The notes: generated by a model from the letters alone, not told the origin. Shown: positions 38,202 to 47,224, counted from the first letter of the stretch. The stretch is DNA of 55,963 bases from Patescibacteria group bacterium (GCA_026416375.1 JAOAFI010000019.1:1-55963), one strand, 5' to 3'. Program-made: numbers and translations.

Positions 38202-38750
38202 TTAAGCAGATCCTGCTTTAGCTTTTTTTCCAGGTTTAATTCTTAATTTTTCATCAACATACTTAATTCCTTTACCTTTATATACATCTGGTTTTTTAAG
38301 TATTTTTATCTGATATGCTATCTCTCCAACCTTTTGCTTATCACATCCTGAAACTATAATAATTGTATTATCTTTTACTTCAAAATCTATTCCTTCAACT
38401 TTTTTAAAAATAATTGGATGAGAATAACCCAATTTTAAAACTAAGTTTCCATTTTCTATTTTTGCATTATAACCTGTACCAACAATTTTTAATTGTTTTT
38501 CCCATTTTTTAGATACACCGATTATAGCATTATTAATAAGTTGTCTATATAAACCATGTAAAGATTTTGATTTTTTATCTTCTTTTAATCTTTTTAAAAA
38601 GATTAAATTATCTTTTTTTTCAACCGATAAAACATCTGGCAAAACATAAAACAAAGATCCTAATTTACCTTTTATATTAATATTTTTATCTTTAATTTCA
38701 ATTATTGTTTCTTTATTTATCTCAATAGGTTTATTTCCAATTTTAGACAT
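38202..38750 (-). CDS. rplF: 50S ribosomal protein L6
   Basis: MSKIG.KPI (ATG 38750), GTGY.A, LGYSHP and PD.YKGKGI.Y. Confidence 0.96.
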   Translation of the reverse strand: MSKIGNKPIEINKETIIEIKDKNINIKGKLGSLFYVLPDVLSVEKKDNLIFLKRLKEDKKSKSLHGLYRQLINNAIIGVSKKWEKQLKIVGTGYNAKIENGNLVLKLGYSHPIIFKKVEGIDFEVKDNTIIIVSGCDKQKVGEIAYQIKILKKPDVYKGKGIKYVDEKLRIKPGKKAKAGSA

Positions 38751-38752
38751 AT

Positions 38753-39142
38753 TTACCAAATATTAAATAATAATTCTCCGCCAATTTTTTTAATTTTAGC
38801 TTCTTTATCAGTCATTATTCCTTTTGATGTTGAAATAATTGAATAACCATAACCATTCATTACTGGTTTTAAATCTTTATAAGAAACATAATATCTTCTT
38901 CCTGGTTTCGAAAATATTTTTACATCAGTTAAAACAGGATTATTTTCTATATAATTTAATTTAATAATAATAATTTTTATTTTATTTTTTTCTTCAATAG
39001 AATAATCTTTTATATATTTTAATTCTTTTAATTTTTTTATTAATTCTTCTTTAAATTTGCTATAAAAAGAAGATACTTCTTCTTTTTGTGACATATAACC
39101 GTTTTTAATTCTAATTATTAAATCAATTATAGAGTTTTCCAT
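38753..39142 (-). CDS. rpsH: 30S ribosomal protein S8
   Basis: I.DL..RIKNG, SKPGRRYY and ISTSKG.MT..EA....GGE. ATG at 39142. Confidence 0.96.
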   Translation of the reverse strand: MENSIIDLIIRIKNGYMSQKEEVSSFYSKFKEELIKKLKELKYIKDYSIEEKNKIKIIIIKLNYIENNPVLTDVKIFSKPGRRYYVSYKDLKPVMNGYGYSIISTSKGIMTDKEAKIKKIGGELLFNIW

Positions 39143-39146
39143 ATTT

Positions 39147-39431
39147 TTATGTTGCCTCAACTATTTTTTTAGTAACTTTTCCATGACTTCTAAATGTTCT
39201 TGTTGGAGAAAATTCTCCAAGTCGATGACCAACCATAGATTCAGAAATTAAAACTTCAATAAATTTTCTTCCATTATAAATAGCAATCTTATGACCAACA
39301 AATTCTGGCGCTATTTGAGAATCTCTTGCCCATGTTTTTATAACACTTCTATCATTTTTTTCTTTTTGCTTAATAATTTTTTTTAATAATTTTTTATCTA
39401 TATAAGGGCCTTTTTTTAAAGATCTGCTCAT
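39147..39431 (-). CDS. rpsS: 30S ribosomal protein S19 (non-canonical position)
   Basis: [24 protein letters not shown] and [19 protein letters not shown] at 39431. Confidence 0.97.
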   Translation of the reverse strand: MSRSLKKGPYIDKKLLKKIIKQKEKNDRSVIKTWARDSQIAPEFVGHKIAIYNGRKFIEVLISESMVGHRLGEFSPTRTFRSHGKVTKKIVEAT

Positions 39432-39436
39432 ATTTA

Positions 39437-39622
39437 TTACCAAGAAACTTTTTTAACTCCAGGAATTTCTCCTTTTAATGATTTTTCTCTAAAACAAATA
39501 CGACACATTCCAAATCTTCTCATATAACTTCTTGCTCTTCCACAAAAAGGACATCTATTTCTATATCTAACTTTATATTTTTGTTTTTTTCTAAATTTTA
39601 CCTCATCTGATTTTTTTGCCAT
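39437..39622 (-). CDS. rpsZ: 30S ribosomal protein S14 type Z
   Basis: 61 aa, RCPFCGR......FG.CRICFRE....GEIPGV.K.SW. Confidence 0.96.
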   Translation of the reverse strand: MAKKSDEVKFRKKQKYKVRYRNRCPFCGRARSYMRRFGMCRICFREKSLKGEIPGVKKVSW

Positions 39623-39631
39623 ATTTAAAAA

Positions 39632-40171
39632 CTATCCTTTTTTAAAAGGAATTCCTAACAATTCAAATAATTTTTTTCCTTTTTCAAAATCTTTAGCATT
39701 AGTAACTAAAGTTACTTGCAAACCTCTCAATTTATCAATTTTATCAAAATCTATTTCTGGAAAAAGGGTTTGTTCATAAATTCCTAAATTTAAATTACCA
39801 TGTTGATCAATGCTTTTTTCTGAAACACCTCTAAAATCTTTAAATCTAGGAATAATAATTTTAATTAATTTTTCTAAAAAATAATCCATTTTTTTTCCTC
39901 TTAAAGTTACTTTAACTCCAATGGGCAAACCTTTTCTTAATTTAAAAGCAGAAATAGAAACTTTTGCTTTTGTAATTACTGGTTTTTGACCTGTTATCAG
40001 AGATAATTGTTCACTTATTTTATCTAAAACTCCTTTATTAGAAGTTGCTTCACCTGCTCCAACATTAACAACAATTTTAATTATTCTTGGAACAGCCATA
40101 ATATTATCAATCTTTAATTCTTTCATTAATTTTTTTCTAATCTCATTATAATAATAATCTTTTATTCTCAT
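39632..40171 (-). CDS. rplE: 50S ribosomal protein L5
   Basis: VP.I.KIVVN.G.GEA, ITGQKP, FKLR.G..IG.KVTLRG and FPEI. Confidence 0.97.
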   Translation of the reverse strand: MRIKDYYYNEIRKKLMKELKIDNIMAVPRIIKIVVNVGAGEATSNKGVLDKISEQLSLITGQKPVITKAKVSISAFKLRKGLPIGVKVTLRGKKMDYFLEKLIKIIIPRFKDFRGVSEKSIDQHGNLNLGIYEQTLFPEIDFDKIDKLRGLQVTLVTNAKDFEKGKKLFELLGIPFKKG

Positions 40172-40187
40172 ATTTAAAATTATTTAT

Positions 40188-40493
40188 TTAAATTTTATTT
40201 CGACATTTTTTACAAATTCTAATCTTTTTTTTACTTTCAATTTTAAAATTAATCCTCGTTGTTTTTTTACATTTTGGACAAACTAACATTAATTTTGAAA
40301 TATCTAATGGTCTTGGAACATCTATAATTCCTCCTTGTTTTGTTTCCGGATTTTTTTTAAGATGTCTTTTATAAAGATTAATTCCAAAAATCAATACTTT
40401 TTTTGATTTAGAATATACTTTTTCAATAATACCTTCTTTTCCTTTATCTTTTCCAGAAATAATTTTTACTTTATCTCCTTTTTTAATTTTCAT
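40188..40493 (-). CDS. rplX: 50S ribosomal protein L24
   Basis: KOW motif IKKGD.V.IISGKDKGK.G, GGI, and CPKC/CKKC. Confidence 0.96.
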   Translation of the reverse strand: MKIKKGDKVKIISGKDKGKEGIIEKVYSKSKKVLIFGINLYKRHLKKNPETKQGGIIDVPRPLDISKLMLVCPKCKKTTRINFKIESKKKIRICKKCRNKI

Positions 40494-40507
40494 ATCTTTA
40501 ATAAAAA

Positions 40508-40540
40508 TTATAGGTCTTATAAATCTTACAAGACCTATAA
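40508..40540 (-). other. 15-bp RNA hairpin between rplN and rplX
   Basis: mRNA strand UUAUAGGUCUUGUAA-GAU-UUAUAAGACCUAUAA with one G.U pair. Confidence 0.7.
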
Positions 40541-40545
40541 AATAA

Positions 40546-40920
40546 TTAATAAATTTCCTCAGCTAAACTAACAATTTTATTAAAACCATTATCTTTTATT
40601 TCTTTAGCGATTGGACCAAAAATTCTTGTTCCTTTTGGATCTTTAACATCTTTTCCGGCCAATATCACACAAGCATTATCATCAAACCTTATATAACTTC
40701 CATCTTTTCTTCTTTTTTCTTTTCTTGTTCTTACAATTACTGCTCTATGAACCTCTCCTTTTTTTACTGATGAATAAGGAATCGCTTCTTTAACAACAAT
40801 ATTAATAACTTCTCCTAAATAAGCATATCTTCTATTTCCTTTTTTAGCCATACCAATCATTGATACTTTTTTAGCACCTGTATTATCAGCAACATTTAAA
40901 ATTGATCTTAATTGCAACAT
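40546..40920 (-). CDS. rplN: 50S ribosomal protein L14
   Basis: [21 protein letters not shown] and [10 protein letters not shown]. Confidence 0.97.
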   Translation of the reverse strand: MLQLRSILNVADNTGAKKVSMIGMAKKGNRRYAYLGEVINIVVKEAIPYSSVKKGEVHRAVIVRTRKEKRRKDGSYIRFDDNACVILAGKDVKDPKGTRIFGPIAKEIKDNGFNKIVSLAEEIY

Positions 40921-40925
40921 AAAAA

Positions 40926-41159
40926 TTAATTTAATTTTTTAATAACTTTAAAATGTTTTTCTTTTGATATTGGTCTTGTTTCAATTATTTCAACTATATC
41001 TCCTAATTTAATATTCTCATCTTCATTATGAACTTTATATTTTTTATGTCTATATATTACTTTTCTATATTTAGGATGAATTATTTTTCTTTCAATCTCT
41101 ACTACTAATGTTTTATTCATTTTGTTTGAAATTACTTTTCCTATTAATTTTTTTTTCAT
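40926..41159 (-). CDS. rpsQ: 30S ribosomal protein S17
   Basis: G.V.S.KM.KT.VV, HPKY.K and [12 protein letters not shown]. Confidence 0.97.
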   Translation of the reverse strand: MKKKLIGKVISNKMNKTLVVEIERKIIHPKYRKVIYRHKKYKVHNEDENIKLGDIVEIIETRPISKEKHFKVIKKLN

Positions 41160-41160
41160 A

Positions 41161-41373
41161 TTATTTCTTTAAACTTTCTAATATTTTTTTCTCTGATAAA
41201 ATAGTCAATAAAATTGATAATTTTTTTCTTTTTTTTATTAATAAATTAGTATCTTTTGGCGGATTAATTTTTATTGTTATTTTTAACTTAGCAATTTCTT
41301 GATTTAATGATTGTATTTCTTTTTCTAATTCTTTAATTGTTTTAGATTTATATTCTTTAACTATTTTTTTCAT
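41161..41373 (-). CDS. rpmC: 50S ribosomal protein L29
   Basis: 70-aa two-helix basic protein between rplP and rpsQ. Confidence 0.85.
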   Translation of the reverse strand: MKKIVKEYKSKTIKELEKEIQSLNQEIAKLKITIKINPPKDTNLLIKKRKKLSILLTILSEKKILESLKK

Positions 41374-41780
41374 ATAATTTTACTAACAATTTTTGTTTTA
41401 ACAGAAAGTTTTGATGAAACAACTCTTAAAACATCAAAACTTTCTTTTTTTGATAATCCATTTATTTCAAACAAAATTTTTCCAGGAGAAACAGATGCTA
41501 CATAATAAGCAACATCTCCTTTTCCTGCACCCATAGTTACTTCTGGTGGTTTTTTAGTATAAGGCTTGTCTGGAAATATTCTTATCCAAAATTTTCCTAC
41601 TTTTTTTGTTGCTCTTGCTAAAACAACTCTGGCTGCTTCAATTTCTTTATCTTTTATCCAACCAGAATCAATTGTTTTTAATCCATAAGATCCAAAATTA
41701 ATTTCATCTCCTTTAATAGCAATTTTTCTCCAAACACCTCTAAATTGTTTTCTATATTTTTGTCTTTTTGGTGCTAACAT
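41370..41780 (-). CDS. rplP: 50S ribosomal protein L16
   Basis: ML.PKR.KYRKQFRG, IEAAR and WIRIFPDKP.T.KP.EV.MG.GKG. Confidence 0.97.
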   Translation of the reverse strand: MLAPKRQKYRKQFRGVWRKIAIKGDEINFGSYGLKTIDSGWIKDKEIEAARVVLARATKKVGKFWIRIFPDKPYTKKPPEVTMGAGKGDVAYYVASVSPGKILFEINGLSKKESFDVLRVVSSKLSVKTKIVSKII

Positions 41781-41788
41781 ATATAATT

Positions 41789-42427
41789 TTATTTACAAAT
41801 CCAAACTTTTACACCAACATATCCTGATTTAGTTAATGCAGGATAATGAGCAAAATCAATTTCTTCTCTTATAGTTGATGTTGGAATTGTTCCTTGAAAA
41901 TATTTTTCTCTTCTTGAAATCTCAGCTCCAGCTATTCTTCCACCAAGTTGGACTTTTATTCCTTTTGCTCCAGATTCAATAACTTTATTCATTACTGAAT
42001 GAACTACTGATCTATGAGGTAAATTTTTTACTAATTTTTCAGCAATTCCTTGTGCTACATAATAAGCATTTAAATATGGTTTTTTAACTTGTTCTATTTT
42101 AATATCTATTTTAAATTTTTTGTCTTTTTCTGTTTTTTTAAGAAAAGGTTCAATGTGTTTTTTTATTTCTTCTAATCCTTTTCCACCTTTGCCAATAATC
42201 ATTCCAGGTTTTACTGAATAAATTATTAAAGTAATTTTATTAATTGCTCTTTCAATATCTATTTGGGTTACAGATGCATAAGATAACTTATTCATCAAAG
42301 TTTCTCTTATTTTTAAATCAGATATTAAATTTTCTTTATATTTTTTCTTATCAGAAAAAAACCATCTTGAATTCCAATTATATATAATCCCAAGTCTTAA
42401 ACCTTTTGGATTAACTTTTTGACCCAT
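41789..42427 (-). CDS. rpsC: 30S ribosomal protein S3
   Basis: MGQKVNP.GLRLG, KPG.IIG..G, GRIAGAEISR.E and G..GVKVWI. Confidence 0.97.
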   Translation of the reverse strand: MGQKVNPKGLRLGIIYNWNSRWFFSDKKKYKENLISDLKIRETLMNKLSYASVTQIDIERAINKITLIIYSVKPGMIIGKGGKGLEEIKKHIEPFLKKTEKDKKFKIDIKIEQVKKPYLNAYYVAQGIAEKLVKNLPHRSVVHSVMNKVIESGAKGIKVQLGGRIAGAEISRREKYFQGTIPTSTIREEIDFAHYPALTKSGYVGVKVWICK

Positions 42428-42476
42428 ATTTATTAAAAATTTTAAATCTTAAATTTCAAATTATAAATTTATAAAT

Positions 42477-42905
42477 TTATTTATTTTTATCTTCTTTTTT
42501 ATTTTCTTTCTCTTTTTCAGTTAAAATATTTCTTTTCGCTGATTTTTTATTATTAAGATCAGTTTTTTTTATTAAATCTTTTGTTAAAACAATTTTAATA
42601 TGACTTCTTCTTTTTAAAATAGGTTTTGCTGTTCCTCTTGATCCTGGACGATATCTTTTTAATTTAATACCTTCATCAATTGCTAAAACTTTAAATTTTA
42701 ACAAATTTTCATCAATTTTTAAAGTTTGTTTAGCGTTAGCTATAGCAGATTTTATCGCTTGATATAAAATTTTTGTTGCTTTTTGTTTACCATAAAATAA
42801 ATAATCTAATGCTTCTTTCGGAGAAAGTTTTTTTATTGATTTTAAATAAAATCTTAGTTTTTTTGGCGAAATTATTAAATTTTTTAAATATGTTTTAGAT
42901 TCCAT
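42477..42905 (-). CDS. rplV: 50S ribosomal protein L22
   Basis: ISPKKLR, SAIANA and DEG..LKR.RP..RG.A..I.KR.SHI. Confidence 0.96.
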   Translation of the reverse strand: MESKTYLKNLIISPKKLRFYLKSIKKLSPKEALDYLFYGKQKATKILYQAIKSAIANAKQTLKIDENLLKFKVLAIDEGIKLKRYRPGSRGTAKPILKRRSHIKIVLTKDLIKKTDLNNKKSAKRNILTEKEKENKKEDKNK

Positions 42906-42908
42906 AAT

Positions 42909-43682
42909 TTATTTTCTTTTTTTAACAATTAAATAATTTGTTCTATGATTTTTTTTCCTGGTTTTTTTACCTCTAGCTGGTTTACCCCATGGTGTTTTTG
43001 GATGCATTCCTTCGCCGCTTCTTCCTTCTCCACCACCATGAGGATGACTTCTTGGATTTTGAGCTGTTCCTCTAACTGTTGGTCTTATTCCCATTAAGAT
43101 TTTTCTTCCAGCTTTTCCAATTTTTTCGTCTTTTTTTTCAATATTTCCAACTTGTCCTATTGTTGCCATACAATTATTTAAAAATCTTCTTATTTCTCCT
43201 GATGGTAACTTTATCTGAGTATACTTATCTTCATGAGCAACAATTAAACCTGAAGAACCTGCGCTTCTTAATATTTTTCCACCTTGACCTGGATAAAGTT
43301 CAACATTATGAACTAAAATACCAACAGGAATATTTTTTAAAATCATTGAATTCCCAATTTTTATTTCAGTTTTATCAGAAGATATAATTTTATCACCAAC
43401 TTTTAAACCATTAGGATGAATAATATATCTTAATTCTCCATCATTATATTTAACTAAAGCTATAAAACAATTTCTATTTGGATCTTTTTCAATTCTTAAA
43501 ACTTCTGCTTCAATATTTTTTTTATCTCTTTTAAAATCTATTATTCGATAATATCTTTTTTGTCTTCCGCCCTGATGACGAACTGAAATTTTACCACTAT
43601 TATCTCTTCCAGAATGTTTTTTTAATATAACAGTCAATTTTTTTACTGGCTTAGCTTTTTTATCTATTTGATTATTTTTCAT
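42909..43682 (-). CDS. rplB: 50S ribosomal protein L2
   Basis: GR...G.I.VRHQGG, YR.IDFKR, DPNR and RPTVRG.A.NP..HPHGGGEG. N-terminus is shorter than typical. Confidence 0.97.
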   Translation of the reverse strand: MKNNQIDKKAKPVKKLTVILKKHSGRDNSGKISVRHQGGRQKRYYRIIDFKRDKKNIEAEVLRIEKDPNRNCFIALVKYNDGELRYIIHPNGLKVGDKIISSDKTEIKIGNSMILKNIPVGILVHNVELYPGQGGKILRSAGSSGLIVAHEDKYTQIKLPSGEIRRFLNNCMATIGQVGNIEKKDEKIGKAGRKILMGIRPTVRGTAQNPRSHPHGGGEGRSGEGMHPKTPWGKPARGKKTRKKNHRTNYLIVKKRK

Positions 43683-43693
43683 ATTTCATAAAT

Positions 43694-43975
43694 TTAAGGA
43701 AATATATCTATCTTTCCTTCTTTTAACTTTATAAAAGCTATTTTTTCATTAGATATTTTTTTAATCTTCATTCTTCTGCCTATTCTTTTAGTTTTTCCTT
43801 TTCTAATTATTGTTTTAACTTCAAAAACTTTAACTTTATATAAAGATTCTATTGCATTTTTTATTTGATTTTTATTAGATTTAATATTAACTTTAAAAAA
43901 ATAATATTTATTTTTAGTTAAATTTGTTGCTTTTTCTGTAAGTACTGGATTTAAAATAATATCTTTTATATTCAT
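43694..43975 (-). CDS. rplW: 50S ribosomal protein L23
   Basis: P..TEKA, F.V....NK.QIK.A.E..Y.VKV and K.A.I.L..G. Confidence 0.95.
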   Translation of the reverse strand: MNIKDIILNPVLTEKATNLTKNKYYFFKVNIKSNKNQIKNAIESLYKVKVFEVKTIIRKGKTKRIGRRMKIKKISNEKIAFIKLKEGKIDIFP

Positions 43976-43978
43976 AAA

Positions 43979-44713
43979 TTAATTATCAATTTTTAAAAGA
44001 ATTTTTTTAATATCATTCAATGATTTCTCAAAAAAAATCAATTTTTGACAATTTAATATCTTAAAACAAGATATTGATTCTGATGTTATAAAATCAACAT
44101 TGTTAATATTTCTTATTGATAAAATAAAATTGTCGCTTTTTTTTGGCAAAATAAAAGTAATTTTTTTATTATTTAAATTAAGTTTTTTTAAAAAATTAAA
44201 AATTATTTTTGTTTTTGGTTTTTGAGATAAAATATCATCATTTAAAATTAAAATATTATTATTTTTAAATTGAAGAGATAATGATCCAAAAATTGCTTTT
44301 TTATTTTGTTTTTTATTAATTTTCAAAGAATAATCTTTTGGTTTTGGGCCTCCAACAACTCCTCCGCCAACAAAAATAGGAGCTTTTATATCTCCATGCC
44401 TAGCTCTTCCAGTTCCTTTTTGACGATAAATTTTTCTTGTCGATCCAGAAACCTCTCCTCTTGTTTTTGTTGAAGCTGTTCCTTGTCTTTGATTAAATAA
44501 ATAAACTCTTACAGATTGGGCTATTAATTTATCATTAATATCAGATTTAAATATTTCTTTTGTTAAAGAAATATTTTTGGATTCTTTTCCATCTAAATCA
44601 TAAACCGGCAAACTTAATTCATTATTATCTTTAATTTTAACGTTATTTTTAACATTTTCTTTTTTAACACTTTCTTTTTTATCAATTTTTTTTGTTTTTT
44701 TTAATTGTGTCAT
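43979..44713 (-). CDS. rplD: 50S ribosomal protein L4
   Basis: RQGTASTKTRGEVSG..RK..RQKGTGRARHG and GGG...GPKP. Confidence 0.97.
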   Translation of the reverse strand: MTQLKKTKKIDKKESVKKENVKNNVKIKDNNELSLPVYDLDGKESKNISLTKEIFKSDINDKLIAQSVRVYLFNQRQGTASTKTRGEVSGSTRKIYRQKGTGRARHGDIKAPIFVGGGVVGGPKPKDYSLKINKKQNKKAIFGSLSLQFKNNNILILNDDILSQKPKTKIIFNFLKKLNLNNKKITFILPKKSDNFILSIRNINNVDFITSESISCFKILNCQKLIFFEKSLNDIKKILLKIDN

Positions 44714-44725
44714 TTTATAAAATAA

Positions 44726-45397
44726 TTAACTAAAAATTTTCAACAAATTTCCTTTAAATCCAGGAACTAACCCTTTAATAATTAATTTATCTTCTTTTAT
44801 ATCAACTATCTCTAAACCTCTTATAGTAATTTTTTCTCCACCCATTCTTCCCGCCATTCTTTTACCTTTAAAAACTCTTCCTGGAGTAGTAGTCATACCT
44901 ATTGATCCTGGAGCTCTTTCATTATGAGATCTACCATGAGTTCTTGGGCCGCCAGAAAAACCATGTCTTTTAACAACTCCTTGAAATCCTTTTCCTTTAG
45001 AAGTACCTGAAACAATAATTTTATCTCCTTTTTTAAATAAAAATTCTGGTCTTAATTCATCTCCAATAAAGATTTTGTTTTCTCCAATTAATATTCCTAA
45101 TTTATTATTTTCTTGAATTATTTTATAATCACCCTCATGTTTATCTAATCTTATTTCTTTTAAAAAACGAAGCGGGGTTTTTATCCCCGCTTTTTCTAAT
45201 TGTCCTTTTATTGGTTTTTTAATATTTTTAATTTGTCCACATCCAAGTTTAACACTAAAATAATTATTTTTTTCCCTTGTTTTTATATCAAGTAAAAAAC
45301 AATTTTTAGTATCAATAAAAGTAACAGGAATTCTTTCTCCTTTTTCATTAAAAATTTGAGATTGTTTTAATTTTACTCCTAAAATAAATCCTGACAT
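44726..45397 (-). CDS. rplC: 50S ribosomal protein L3
   Basis: ATG 45397 (MSGFILGVK), PVT.I, G.SKGKGFQG..KRH and PGRVFKGKRMAGRMG. Confidence 0.97.
   Translation of the reverse strand: MSGFILGVKLKQSQIFNEKGERIPVTFIDTKNCFLLDIKTREKNNYFSVKLGCGQIKNIKKPIKGQLEKAGIKTPLRFLKEIRLDKHEGDYKIIQENNKLGILIGENKIFIGDELRPEFLFKKGDKIIVSGTSKGKGFQGVVKRHGFSGGPRTHGRSHNERAPGSIGMTTTPGRVFKGKRMAGRMGGEKITIRGLEIVDIKEDKLIIKGLVPGFKGNLLKIFS
45170..45192. terminator. Intragenic terminator-like hairpin within rplC
   Basis: AAGCGGGG-7 nt-CCCCGCTT perfect stem with T tracts downstream on both strands. Confidence 0.55.
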
Positions 45398-45404
45398 AAT
45401 AAAT

Positions 45405-45430
45405 AAAAAAAATAGCCCCAGATTGGGGCT
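45405..45430 (-). terminator. Intrinsic terminator in the rplC leader
   Basis: AGCCCCA-ATC-TGGGGCT-A-TTTTTTTT ends 7 nt before the rplC ATG. Confidence 0.75.
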
Positions 45431-45495
45431 TAAAATTTCCAATCCGGAAAATATTTATTTAGTTCCCGAACAAAACTTAATTTTCATTTGATCAA

Positions 45496-45524
45496 ATTAT
45501 ACAATATATATTAATTTTCGTCAA
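45496..45524 (-). promoter_or_regulatory. Near-consensus sigma70 promoter between rpsJ and rplC
   Basis: TTGACG-17 bp-TATAAT. Confidence 0.8.
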
Positions 45525-45530
45525 ATAAGT

Positions 45531-45839
45531 TTACATTTTAACTTCAACTTCTACTCCTGCTGGTAATTCTAAATGCATTAACGAATCAATTGTTTGATTT
45601 GTTGGGTTAATAATATCTATTAATCTTTTGTGAGTTTTTAAACTAAAATGTTCTCTTGCATTTTTATCAATAAAATTTGATTTATTAACAACAAAAATTT
45701 CATTTTTTGTAGGCAAAGGAATAGGACCAACAATTGAAGCACCTGTTCTTATTGCTGTATCAACAAGTTTTTGACAGGTCTCATCAATTAATCTATAATC
45801 ATAAGATTTTAATCTTATTCTTATTCTTCCTTTTGGCAT
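45531..45839 (-). CDS. rpsJ: 30S ribosomal protein S10
   Basis: RIRIRLKSYD, GPIPLPT, HKRL.DI and LPAGV. Confidence 0.97.
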   Translation of the reverse strand: MPKGRIRIRLKSYDYRLIDETCQKLVDTAIRTGASIVGPIPLPTKNEIFVVNKSNFIDKNAREHFSLKTHKRLIDIINPTNQTIDSLMHLELPAGVEVEVKM

Positions 45840-45853
45840 ATTAAAAAGATGAA

Positions 45854-45881
45854 TGTGGGGAGCATAAAAAAGCTCCCCACA
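45854..45881 (-). terminator. Strong hairpin between tuf and rpsJ
   Basis: TGTGGGGAGC-8 nt-GCTCCCCACA, a 10-bp perfect stem with only a weak U tail (TTCATCTTTTT). Confidence 0.6.
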
Positions 45882-45899
45882 ATAATTTAATAATTTTTT

Positions 45900-47084
45900 T
45901 TATTTAATAATTTTTGTTACTACCCCAGCACCAACTGTATGACCGCCCTCACGAATAGCAAATTTTAACCCTTGTTCCATTGCTACTGGATAAATAAGTT
46001 TTGCTGTTACTTTTACATTATCTCCGGGCATAACCATTTCTACTCCTGAAGGCAAATTAATCTCTCCAGTAATATCAGTTGTTTTAATATAAAATTGAGG
46101 CCTATATCCATTAAAAAATGGTGTATGACGACCACCTTCTTCTTTTGTCAAAACATAAACTTCAGCTTCAAATTCAGTATGAGGAGTAATAGAACCTGTT
46201 TTAGCAATAACTTGACCTCTAATAACATCAGTCTTTTCAATACCTCTTAACAAAAGACCTACATTATCTCCTGCTCTTGCTTCGTCTAAAGTTTTTCTAA
46301 ACATTTCAATACCAGTAACAACAGTTTTTTTTGTTTCTTTAATACCAACAATTTCTACTTCCTCATTTGTTTTAATTGTTCCTCTTTCAACTCTTCCAGT
46401 AACAACTGTTCCTCGACCAGAAATTGTAAAAACATCTTCAACCGGCATTAAAAATGGCTGATCAACAGGTCTTACTGGTTCTGGAACATATTCATCAACT
46501 TTATTCATTAATTCTTCAATTGCTTTAATCGCTTCTGGATCATCCTGTAAAGCTTTTAAAGCACTACCTCTAATAACTGGTATTTGATCTCCTGGAAACT
46601 TATATTTTGTTAATAAATCTCTTACTTCCATTTCAACCAAATCAAGAATTTCTTTATCAGCAACCATATCAACTTTGTTTAAAAAAACAACAATTGCTGG
46701 TACATTAACTTGTCTTGCTAAAAGAATATGCTCTCTTGTTTGAGGCATTGGGCCATCTGGAGCAGAAACAACTAAAATTGCTCCATCCATTTGAGCAGCT
46801 CCAGTAATCATATTTTTAATGTAATCAGCGTGTCCTGGAGCATCAATATGTGCATAATGACGTTTATCAGTTTCATATTCACTGTGATGAAGATTAATTG
46901 TGACTCCTCTTGCTCTTTCTTCTGGAGCTTTATCAATTTCTTCATATTTAAGAAATTTTGCTTTTCCTTTTTTTGATAACACATAATGGATCGCGGAAGT
47001 TAAAGTAGTTTTTCCGTGATCAACATGACCAATAGTACCGATATTAAGATGTGGTTTTGTCCTTTGAAATACTCCTTCTGCCAT
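45900..47084 (-). CDS. tuf: Elongation factor Tu
   Basis: [26 protein letters not shown] and [10 protein letters not shown]. Confidence 0.98.
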   Translation of the reverse strand: MAEGVFQRTKPHLNIGTIGHVDHGKTTLTSAIHYVLSKKGKAKFLKYEEIDKAPEERARGVTINLHHSEYETDKRHYAHIDAPGHADYIKNMITGAAQMDGAILVVSAPDGPMPQTREHILLARQVNVPAIVVFLNKVDMVADKEILDLVEMEVRDLLTKYKFPGDQIPVIRGSALKALQDDPEAIKAIEELMNKVDEYVPEPVRPVDQPFLMPVEDVFTISGRGTVVTGRVERGTIKTNEEVEIVGIKETKKTVVTGIEMFRKTLDEARAGDNVGLLLRGIEKTDVIRGQVIAKTGSITPHTEFEAEVYVLTKEEGGRHTPFFNGYRPQFYIKTTDITGEINLPSGVEMVMPGDNVKVTAKLIYPVAMEQGLKFAIREGGHTVGAGVVTKIIK

Positions 47085-47166
47085 ATTTTTTAAAAATTAT
47101 AAATTAATAACAAATAATAAAAATTAAATAAGCCAATAAAAGAAGGCTTATATTTTTATTGTTTTT

Positions 47167-47195
47167 ATAATAATGCTAAAATCAAAAAAAGTCAA
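47167..47195 (-). promoter_or_regulatory. Sigma70 promoter of tuf
   Basis: TTGACT-17 bp-TATTAT. A small leader hairpin (ATAAGCC/GGCTTAT) lies at 47128-47151. Confidence 0.65.
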
Positions 47196-47224
47196 GAGTA
47201 AAATAAAACAATATTATAATAATC

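Noticed and set aside
45398-45442. Track's extended rplC N-terminus (MEILSPNLGLFFLFI), and similar extensions for 3405, 12052, 14120, 38759, 39160 and 39443
   Set aside because: These upstream starts run through hairpins, -10 boxes or neighbouring genes. The downstream ATGs match family N-termini or the local promoter layout better.
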